Of a stretch of 64,000 nucleotides of DNA, positions 24,165-34,045 are shown piece after piece. The notes beneath the pieces were generated by a model. That model searched no databases. It worked only from the letters and a program-made list of their open reading frames with translations, and was not told where the DNA came from. The DNA is from Chiloscyllium plagiosum (taxonomy: Eukaryota), in assembly GCF_004010195.1 (NCBI RefSeq), contig NC_057719.1:24405465-24469464 (forward strand), given 5' to 3'. Each line of letters opens with the position of its first letter. Positions within the stretch are counted from its first letter, which is position 1. A program made the position numbers and the translations under genes.

Positions 24165-25195
24165 ATTGTGTTTGCCGAGCTGGAAGTTTTTGTTGCAAAC
24201 GTTTCGTCCCCTGGCTAGGCGACATCATCAGTGCTTGGGAGCCTCCTGCGAAGCGCTTCTTTGATGTTTCCTCCGGTGTTTATAGTGGTCTGTCCCTGCC
24301 GCTTCCGGTTGTCAGTTTCAGCTGTCCGCTGTAGTGGTTGGTATATTGGGTCCAGGTCGATGTGTTTATTGATGGAGTTTGTGGATGAATGCCATGCCTC
24401 TAGGAATTCCCTGGCTGTTCTCTGTCTGGCTTGCCCTACGATAGTAGTGTTGTCCCAGTCGAATTCAACAACCAGATTTACGAACAAATCAACGGAACAC
24501 CCATGAGATCACCAATCTCGGGACTCATAGCAGAGGCAGTTATGCAAAGGTTAGAACAAACAGTCTCTTAGGCATCTGCTGATGTAGTTGCGCGGGTATC
24601 CGTTTTTGGTGAATACCTTGTATAGGTGTTCCTCTTCTTCTTTTTGCAGTCCTGGTGTTCTGCAGTGTGTTGTGGCCCTTTTGAATAGTGTCCTGATGCA
24701 GCTTTGTTTGTGTGTGTTGGGGTGGTTACTTTCATAGTTTAGTACTTGGTCTGTGTGTGTGGCTTTCCTGTATACTCTTGTGGTGAATTCTCCGTCTGGT
24801 GTTCTCTGTACCATCACGTCTAGGAATGGGAGTTGGCTATCCTTTTCTTCTTCTCTCGTGAATTGGATTCCTGTGAGTGTGGCGTTGATGGTCCGGTGTG
24901 TTTTTTCTATTTCCGTGTTTTTAATGATTACGAACGTGTCATCGACATATCTGACCCAGAGTTTGGGTTGAATTTGTGGTAGGACTGTTTGTTCTAACCT
25001 TTGCATAACTGCCTCTGCTATGAGTCCCGAGATCGGTGATCCCATGGGTGTTCTGTTGATTTGTTCGTATATCTGGTTGTTGAATGTGAAGTGTGTTGTG
25101 AGGCACAAGTCCAGTAGTTTAAGTATTTGTTGATAGGTTCAGCGTCCTGTTTTCTGTTCTGTATGTCCAGTAGGTTGGCTATTGATACATTTTTG
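24165..25195 (-). mobile_element. Penelope-like element family 2 (probably Poseidon-type), 5'-truncated and internally rearranged
   Basis: ORF 24551-25108 has PMGSPISGLIAE, WVRYVDDTF, FTREEE..LPFLDV, VYRKATHTDQVLNYESNHP. ORF 24215-24487 has the GIY-YIG C-part FDWDN..REFLEAWHS..SINKH. Confidence 0.92.
24195..24234 (-). ncRNA. Minimal hammerhead ribozyme (PLE family 2)
   Basis: Minus strand reads GCA-CTGATGA-T-GTCGCCTAGCCAGGGGAC-GAA-ACGT-T-TGC: stem I GCA/TGC, stem II GTC.CCT/AGG.GAC, palindromic ACGT. Confidence 0.75.
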
Positions 25196-25337
25196 CTATA
25201 AATTTTGTGTTTTACAATCTTATTCTCCACAATCACCTGATGAAGGAGCAGCGCTCCGAAAGCTAGTGCTTCCAAATAAACTTGTTGACTTATAACCTAG
25301 TGATGTCTAATTTTTAAATTTGTACACCCCAGTCCAA
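25196..25337 (+). mobile_element. PLE family 3 3' pseudo-LTR
   Basis: Hammerhead followed by AATAAA..GACTTATAACCT..CCCCAGTCCAACACTGGCATC; homologous to 63138-63621. Confidence 0.8.
25234..25268 (+). ncRNA. Minimal hammerhead ribozyme (PLE family 3), core intact
   Basis: CAC-CTGATGA-A-GGAGC-AGC-GCTCC-GAA-AGCT-A-GTG: stem I CAC/GTG, perfect 5-bp stem II, palindromic AGCT. Confidence 0.8.
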
Positions 25338-25835
25338 CACTGGCATCTTCAAATCATAAAACTTGAAATGGTTGAGAAAAGATTTCCAAGGATGTTGCAG
25401 GGTTGGAGGGTTTGAGCTATAGGGAGAGGGTAAATAGGCTGGGGCTGTTTTCCATGGAGCGTCAGAGACTGAGGGATGACCTTATAGAGGTTTATAAAAT
25501 CATAGGGGCATGGATAGTGTAAATAGACAAGATCTTTTCCTTGAGGTAGGAGGGTTCAGAACCGAGGGCATAGGTTTAGGGTGAGAGGGGAAAGATTTAA
25601 AAGGGACCTAAGGGGCAACATTTTCACAGAGTGTGGTGAACACATGGAATGATCTGCCAAAGGAAGTGGTGGAGGCTGGTACAATTACAACATTTAAAAG
25701 ACATCTAAATGGGTATATTAATAAGAACAGTTTAGAGGGATATGTGTCAAGAGTTGGCAAGTGGGACTAGATTAATTTAGGATATCTGGTTGGCATGGAC
25801 AGGTTGGACCAAAGGATCTGTTTCTGTGCGTTACA
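25338..25835 (+). mobile_element. CR1 3' end, probably the continuation of 18316-18472
   Basis: AAACTTGAAATGGTTGAGAAAAGATTT through the CR1 tail; same subfamily as 21625-22424. Confidence 0.9.
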
Positions 25836-27149
25836 GCTCTTTGCCTCTAAATTGGGAAATCTCACCCAGAGTCTGGTTGTAACAAAATAGCACTTGTGCT
25901 ACAATTTGAACTGACAGATGAACAGTAAGAATGAGAGTAGATAAATTGTCACTTTGAGATGAATTTTTAAAAGCTAGAACCACAAAAGGCTTTATTAAGT
26001 TTGCACTTCTATTGTGTAGAAATGTTTGCATATAATGCCAAAGTATTCCTAGCGAATTAGGACAACTTAATTTTGAGGATTTAAAAGGTTTCTCCCTTTA
26101 ACAGTTAAAAGTGAGGCCCTTGGGATGAGAAATTCACAAACCAGGAAGCATGGAATTTTAAAAAAGGTAGCCAATGGTTTTCAAGTGGCAATTGAAAATT
26201 CTGAAATAGATGGAATAGTAGTGGAGAGATTAAAATGAACTTTTCACTGGCATTATTGTGCTTGGCCTGCTCTGAGTCATGGCCGGCAGAGGTTATTATT
26301 TGGGAACTTAGATTTGAAAGTGGAGGGAAAAGTAGATTTTAGTTTTCAGCTGTGTGAAGGTAACTTGTTTAATTTAAAATTAGTTTAGAAAGCCATTTTG
26401 AGTGGTAAACTAAAGAAAGCTTTTGTAAGAAAGTATGTGTTTTAAGTTAAATGATTCAGTCAACTACCTGGGGAGCTAATTGTTGAGCGTTTACTAAGTT
26501 GAATTTTTATGAAACAGATACAGATTGTCAGTTGCCACTGCTAGCATTTTTTTTGATTTGTAGAAGCCTCCATGTTGTGAGAGTTTAATTTACAGAAGTC
26601 TTCAGTGTGTGAGGGTTGGTAGAAATCTACAGGCTGTCAGAATTAGAAAAAAACAGCCGGGCCATCAGTGATGGAAGGGAGGTTTGAAGCCATCACAGCT
26701 GAAAGGAAGTCTTAAGATGCTTCATCAATCCAAGAGGAAGGATTGGAAAGGGCCATTTGAGTAAGAAATTAAGGTATTAAGACAGGAGCAACACTTTACT
26801 GGATTTAATGACTTGAAAGGACATTTCTGGGAAAAGGGTTGAATAATTTTTTTTACTGCCAATATTAAGATTTTGATCTTAGATTCCTATTAAGATCTTA
26901 AGATCTATATTAAATGTTTCTTTAAATACATAAAAAGGAAGAGAGGGGTCCAAGTGAACCTGGGCCCCTTAGAAAATGAGTCTATGGGGACCAGATTTGA
27001 AAAACAAGGAAATGGCTAGGGATTTGAACAGCCATTTTGCATTAGTTTTTATGGTGAAAAATATTTCAAATATTCCAGTAATATTAAAGGACATGAGGGA
27101 GGAATAAATACCATCACTATCACTAGAGAAGTATTAAAGAAACTAATAT

Positions 27150-27330
27150 GGAGAAAGGCAAAAGTGAGGACTGCAGATGCTGGAGATTACAGTCAAGATT
27201 AGAGTGGTGCTGGAAAAGCACAGGAGGTCAGGCAGCATCCGAGGAGCAGGAAAATCAGTGTTTTGGGCATGAGCCCAATTTTCCTGCTCCTTGGATCTGC
27301 CTGACCTGCTGTGCTTTTCCAGCACCACTT
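27150..27330 (-). mobile_element. Short fold-back PLE family 1 insertion
   Basis: Long arm on the minus strand (27150-27276) plus a short inverted arm (27277-27330). Confidence 0.85.
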
Positions 27331-27412
27331 TAATGGGCAGAAAGGCAGATAGGTCGCCTGGCCCTAATGGTTTGTACCTGAAGATCCTATAAGGAGTAGC
27401 TATAGAGATAAT

Positions 27413-28095
27413 GGGTAGCAGGGTAGCTCAGTGGTTATCACTTACTCCTCACCGTGCTATTGGCCCGGGTTTGATTCCACCCTCGGGTAACTGGCTGTGT
27501 GAAGTTTGCACATTCTCCCTGCATCTGCATGGGTTTCTTCTGGGTCGTCCGGTTTCCTCCCAATGTCCAAAGGTGAACTTAGGAGGTATAGTTGGTAAGT
27601 TTGCAGATGACGCCAAAATTAGAGGTGTACTGTACAGCGAAGAAGGCTACCTCAGAGAACAATGGGATCCTGTTCAGATGGGCCAGTGAGCTGACGAGTG
27701 GCAGATGAAGTTTAAGTTAGATAAATGTGAGATGCTGCATTTTGAAAAGGCAAATCAGAGCAGGACTGATACACTTAAAGGTAAGGTCCTGGGGAGTGTT
27801 GCTGAACAAAGAAACCTTGGGACTAGATCAGGTTAGGATATCTGGTTGGCATGGACAAGTTGGACCGATGTGTCTGTTTCCGTGCTGTAGATCTCTATGA
27901 CTCTATGCAGGTCAGGTGAATTGCCTATGCTAAATTGCCCATAGTGTCTAGGAATGTGCAGGCTTGGTAGATTAGCCAGGGGAAATGCAGGGTTACAGAG
28001 ACAGGTGGGTCTGATTGGGAGGCTCTTCAGAAGGTAGGTGTGGTCCTGATGGGCCAACTGGTCTATTTCCACGGTATTGGGATTCCAAGATTCTG
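27413..28095 (+). mobile_element. HE1-type SINE split by a CR1 fragment
   Basis: Head and V core at 27413-27571; remainder CAGGTCAGGTGAATTG..GCTAAATTGCCCATAGTGT from ~27908. Confidence 0.8.
27572..27907 (+). mobile_element. CR1 fragment with an internal deletion, nested in the SINE
   Basis: GKFADDAKI region joined at CCTTGG/GACTAG directly to the 3' tail TCTCTATGACTCTATG. Confidence 0.85.
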
Positions 28096-29639
28096 TAAAG
28101 GATGCATTGGTTGTAATTTTGAAAACTCATTGTATCCTGGAGAAGTACTGGAGGATTGGTAGACTGTCAGTCTGACACCCCTGTTCAAAAAGAGAGGGAG
28201 AAAAAAAGTGCATAACTATAGGTCAACAATATTGTTGGAAACTTGTTGCAATGAACTATTAGAGAAGTATTTGCAGCATGTTTGGAAAACACGATCTAAT
28301 CAAGCAGAGTCAGTATGGCTTCATGAAAGGGAAATCACGTTTGACTAATTTATTGGCGTTTTTTGAGGAACTCTCAACCATAGTGGATGGAGGAGAACCA
28401 GTAGAAGGGTTGTATTTGGACTTCCAGAAGGCATTTGTCAAGGTACTTCACAAATGATTAAATATTAAGATAATTGCCCACAGTATTGGAGATGGTACAT
28501 TGGCATGAATATAGAATTGGATCTTGTGCATGAAACGACTAGTGGGGATAAAGGGTTGTTTTTCAGGTTGGTGACCTTTAACTGTGGGATTGCACAGGGA
28601 TCAATGTTAGGACCCCAACTGTCTATAACATATATTATTGACTTGCGGGAAGAAAGCAAATGTACTGTAGCTAAATTTTCAGATGACACAAAAGTAGGGG
28701 GAAAGCCAAGTTGTGAAGCAGATATGAACAGTTTACAGAAAGATATTGATAAGAAAGTGGTAGAAAAGAAATTGGTAAGTAATGTGGGAAAATGTGACAA
28801 TGTTCATTTTGGAAGGGAGAACAAGAGGACAGGGTATTATTTAAATGGAGAAAAGCTGTCGAAAGTTGCAACACAAAGGGAGACTTGTGGGTACTTATGC
28901 AAGAAATATAGAAAGCTAGCACCCAGGGTGCATCAGGTAACCAGGAAGTCTAATGGAATGTTGGCCCTTATTTCAAGGGGGTTGGAGTATAAGAATAGGG
29001 AACTCTTACTACAACTGTACAAGGTGCTGGTGAGAACACACCTGTGAGTAGTTTTGTCCCCTTATGTAAGGAAATGTATAATTGGAGGCAGGACAGAGAA
29101 GGTTCATTAAGAAGGGCCCCAGTACAGAGGGAGTGTCTAATGAGCAAAGATTAAACAATTTGGGGCTTGACTCACTGGAGTTAGAAGAATGAGTGGTGAT
29201 CTCATTGAAACATGTTGAATTCTTAAGGAGTTTGATAGGATAAATGCTGAAAGGGTGTTTCCCCTCATAAACCAGAGGATATAGTCTCAGAATAATCGTG
29301 TGACAATTGAAGAGTGAGATGAGGAGGAACTTCTTCTCTCAGAGGGTTCTAAGTCTTTAGAACGTCTTGCCACAGAGAGCTGTGAGAACAGGGTCCTTGA
29401 CTATATTTAAGGTTGAGATAGATAGATTCCCGATCACCAGGGAAATTAACACTTATGGGGAAGGGCAGGAATGTGGTGTGAAGAATGATGGATCAGACAT
29501 GACCTTATGGAATGGTGGAGCAGGCTGTAAGGGCTGAATGGCTTACTCCTGTTCCTATTTCTTATGGCCTTATGACCTTTGTGTGAGCATGTTCAATGAC
29601 TGACTATCCTGGTAACTGTCTAACAGTCTAACTACTGTA

Positions 29640-31888
29640 CAATGGCATCAATATGAGCAGCCACCACACAGTTCTTGTGGAGATGTGGCTCTGCCTTCAC
29701 ATTGAGAATATCCTCCATTGTATTGTGTGACACTGTCACTGTGATAAACTAACAGATCTAGCAACTCGAGACTGGGCATCCATGAGGTGATTTGGAAAAT
29801 CAACAGTAGCAGAACTGTACTCCAGCACAGTCTGTAACCTCATGGCCTGGCATATTTCCCCCTCAACCATTATCATTAATGCAGGGGTTCAACCCTGATT
29901 TAATGAAGAGTTCGGGAAGGCATGTCAGGAGCAGTTCCAGGCATGCGTAAAAATGAGATGTCAACCTAGTGAATACACCAAACAGGACTTCTTGCATGCC
30001 GAACAGCATAAGCAGAAAGTAATAGATGAAGGTAAATGATCTCACAATCAATGGGTCATATCCAAACTCTGCAGCCTGCTATATCCAGTCTTGAATGGTG
30101 GTGGACAATTGAATAATTAAATGGAGGAGGAGACGCTCCACAAATATCCAAATCCTCAATGATGAAAGAGCCCAGCACATCAGTGCATTTGCAGCAATCT
30201 TCAGCCATAAGTGCCAAATGGATAATGCAACTCAGTCCCCTCCAGCGGTTCCCAACATGACAGATACCAGTCTTCAGCAAATTCAATTACACCACGTGAT
30301 ATGAAGAAGTGGTTGGAGGAACTGGATACTGCAAATGCTATGGGCCTTGACAACATTCTGGCAAAAATTCTGAAGACTTGTGTGCCAGAACTTGCCACTC
30401 CCCTAGCCAGCTTTTCCAGTACAGTTGCAACACTGGCATCTGCCTGACAGTATGGAAAATTGTCCATGTATGCCTGAACATCAAAAGCAGGACAAATCCA
30501 ACCTGGCCAATTACCACCTCATCAGTTTGCTGTCAATCTTTCGTAAGTAATGAAACGTGCCGTCAATAGTGCTATCAAGCAGCAACTGCTCAGCAATAAC
30601 TTGCTCAGTGATGCCCAATCTGGGTTCCACCAGGGCCACTCAGCTCCTAACTGCATTACAGCCTTGGTTCAATTATGATAAAAGAGCTGAATTCCAGAGG
30701 TGATTAAGGTGGGAGTGACAGCTCTTGACATCAAGGCTACATTTGACTGAGTGTGGCATCAAGGAGCCCTAGAAAAATTAGTATCAATGGGTATTGGGGG
30801 GAACTTCTCCAGTGGTTGGTGTCATACTTGGCACATAGGAGGGTAGTAATGGTTGTTGGAGTTTAGTCATCTCAGCTCGAGGACATCTCTGCAGGAGTCC
30901 CTCAGGGTAGTGTCTTAGCCAAACCATTTTCAACTGCTTCATCCACAAAACTCACCTCCATCATAAGGTCAGAAGTTGGGAAGTTAGCTGATGAGTGCAC
31001 AACATTCTGGACCATTTGTAACTCCTCAGGTGCTGAAGCAGCCCATGTTCAAATGCAGCAAGGTCTGGGCTGCTTAAGTATCTGAAGAGTTACAAATGGT
31101 TCAGGCTTAGTCTGACAAGTGGCAAATAACATTTGTGCCACACAAATGACAAGCTACAATCATCTCCAAAGAGAGACAACCTAATACAGTGGTGTTGTCA
31201 CCACTAAAAAACCCCACTATCAATATCCTGAGGGTTACCATTGACCAGAAACTCAACTGGACTAGCCACATAAACACAGTGGCTACAAGAGCAGACCAGA
31301 CGCTAGGAATACTGCAGCGAGTAACTCACCTCCTGACTCCCCAAAGCCTGTCCATCATCTAAAAGCACAAGTCAGCAGCGTGATGGAATACTCCCCACCT
31401 GTCTGGATGACGGCAAATCCAATAACACTGAAGAAACTTGAAAGCATACAGAACAAAAAACATCATTGATTGGCATCACATCCAAAAACATCTACTCCCT
31501 CCATAACCAACTGTCAGTCACAGCAGTATGTACTATCTACTAGATGGAGTGCAGAAACTCACCAAAGACCTTTAGACAGCACCTTCCCAACACATAACCA
31601 CTTCCATCTAGAAGGACAAGGGCAGCAGACACATGGGAACATGGCCTGCAAGTTCCATTCCAAGCCACTCGCCATCCTGACTTGAAGATATATTGCTGTT
31701 CCTTCACTGTCGCTGGGTACAAATCCTGGAATTCCCTTCGGAGTGGCATTGTGGGTCACTCCACAGTACAGAGCCTGCAGTGGTTCAAAAAAGTAACTCA
31801 TCATTACCTTCTCAAGGGTAACCAGGGACAGGCAATAAGTGCTGTCCAGCCAGCGATGCCCATGTCCCACGAGTGAATTAATAAAAAT
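29640..31888 (+). mobile_element. Second CR1-group LINE lineage, from the end of the endonuclease through RT to the tail, decayed
   Basis: DTANAMGLDNI, ELATPLASFSS, QSGFHQGHSA, ALDIKATFD*VWHQG, AGVPQGSVL, ADEC, LRVTIDQKLNWTSHI; distinct tail. Confidence 0.85.
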
Positions 31889-32759
31889 CAATTGCAATAA
31901 TAAAACTTATCATCTATCAAACCAGATTTCACTCTGAGATCTGACTAGTCCAGTACTACCATCAGCTGGGTTCATAACAATATTAGTTGCAGTGTTGAGC
32001 CCCAAAATGAGACCACTGGCATCAAATTTTGCTGCAAGTTGATTGGCCTCATGTCTCCTTTCAGCAGTTATTCTTGGCTCATGTAGTAATGCTTATTCCA
32101 AACAGGCACTAATGAATCTAAATCCTCACCCAATATAAATATTTCTGGGCTAAATGTTCATCAGAAAAAAAGTTTTTAACTTCACATTGTGAAGATAGCC
32201 TGTTATGGGGGAATCATAACTCAATACTGTAACTCAATGGTAATGTAAGTGTTAATTGCATATTCATGAGCAACAATAAATCTGACAGTACTGAATGTGA
32301 TAATCACAACCTTTTAACTATGTTGTTGCTATTGCCCCCTTCTGAGGAACACAATGTTTTGACTCGGAATATGTGTTATGATTTCATTATCACTGTCTCT
32401 CTATTCTCAAATTCATTACCTAATGCTATTGTGAGTACACTATCCCCACCACAAGGGCTGCTGTATGTCAAAGAGAGGACCCACTACCAGCTTGTTATAT
32501 TGATAATCAATTATTATAAATATGGTTTGCCAGAATTATCCACATGGCAAGCTAAAGGCTGTTTTGAAAAATGTGCTGAGTTGGAAATCCCTGGCCGTAC
32601 TTCTGCAGTTTCACCATGGTTTCAGGTTCCAGCCTTATGTTATATATCCAAAATGTAAATTTATTGACTGTTCAAAACCTAGCAAGTTGTAGTGATGAAG
32701 GGATGCTCTATGAGTTGTGAATAGTTGCAGCTAGATAGGTGATTTTCATTACTCAGTCA

Positions 32760-33075
32760 TTCACGCAATCACAGATGTGTTACAGAGCAGAAGGAGACCA
32801 TTCGGTCCATCATGTCTGCACCAACTCTCCAAATGATCATCATGACATGGTGCCTTTATCCTATACCCTTGCACTTTCCCACTTACCCTTGCCTTTTCCT
32901 CATTCTCTAGTTTTATTTCTATTTAAATAATAATCTAATGCTCTCTTGAATGGCTCCGAATCTGTTTCCATCACACTGCCAGGTAATGCATTCCAAAACT
33001 CATTTTGTGAAGACGTTTCTGTCAAATCACAGTTGCTTATTTTGCAAATCATTTTAAACCTGTCCCTTTTATAAA
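32760..33075 (-). mobile_element. Old CR1 3' tail
   Basis: Minus strand WNALPGSVMETDSEPFKRALDYYL. Confidence 0.7.
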
Positions 33076-33866
33076 GTCTCACTCCTGCAGATCGTAAAAT
33101 ATTCCATCAGATGCCAAAGATTTGATATTTTGTTTCACTGTTTCTCCTTTTGAATCAAAATTGATTCTAATTCACCTTTTTTCCTCTGGCACTCATTTGT
33201 TTTCTCTCAACATCTTTATGTTTTCTCAGTTAAAGAGATAGGTCATTGGACCTGATCTTTACAAAATTGCATGTGTCTGATGAAAGTCATTGTGTCATTA
33301 TCAATTATCATCTGGGGTTTAATGACCTGCTGTAAATATCTAATGCACGCTCTTGCCAAAGAATGGAGCACTCCAACAAATTTTAGCCGACAGCAGTTCC
33401 AGGAAATCTCTGTCTCTCCTCTATGAATCAAGTTTTAAAGGTTTTGTTCACTCACAGACTTTGAAGATTTTCTTTGTTCTGTCAAAAGCAGAACTGAGTG
33501 CAATGATAAAAATGCAGCCTCTACAGCTTCAACACCAAGCATTCAGATTTTACATCTACCAGTTTGGCAATTCCCAACCTTCCATTCACTTGTTGGTTGC
33601 TACAATAAATAGGCAGAATGATAATCATCTTCAATCTCACTCATCCTCTACTTGAGCTGTTTCCAATCCATCATCCAGGGTATCGACTGTAACTCAGTGT
33701 CCAAGCAGTAATATCTCCAAGTTTCACTTCAGGCTGATGATGTGGTGTTGTATCATTGGATATCCTAGTGCATTGGCAAATAAAATACAAATGCCAAAAA
33801 CAGATAATCTGATCATCACCTGCTTGTATGCTTGCTAGATTTTTTTTCTATATTTCCTGCAACATC

Positions 33867-34045
33867 CCTCCGGGTGCTCTGGTTTCCTCCCACAGTCCAA
33901 AGATGTGCAGGTAAGGTGAATTGGCCATGCTAAATTGCCTGTAGTGTTAGGTAAAGGGTAAATGTAGGGGTATGGGTGGGTTGCGCTTCGGCAGGGCAGT
34001 GTGGACTTATTGGGCCGAAGGGCCTGTTTCCACACTGTAAGTAAT
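33867..34045 (+). mobile_element. HE1-type SINE, 5'-truncated
   Basis: CTCCGGGTGCTCTGGTTTCCTCCCACAGTCCAAAGATGTGCAGG..GGGCCGAAGGGCCTGTTTCCACACTGTAAGTAAT. Confidence 0.88.

Larger units (their letters stand above)
26915..29575 (+). mobile_element. Old CR1 ORF2 to 3'UTR with nested insertions
   Basis: FFKYIKRKR..LGPLENE, QYGFMKGKSRLTNLL, QGSMLGPQL, KFSDDTK, LQLYKVLVR; tail TTCTTATGG. Confidence 0.88.

Noticed and set aside
25878..26914. ~1 kb unclassified segment starting TGTAACA, LTR-like composition
   Set aside because: No matching right terminus, TSD or second copy in the window; cannot be supported.
33230..33760. Possible extremely decayed RT (ADDVVLY-like at ~33733) or host exon
   Set aside because: Only one short motif and no collinear frame I can follow.
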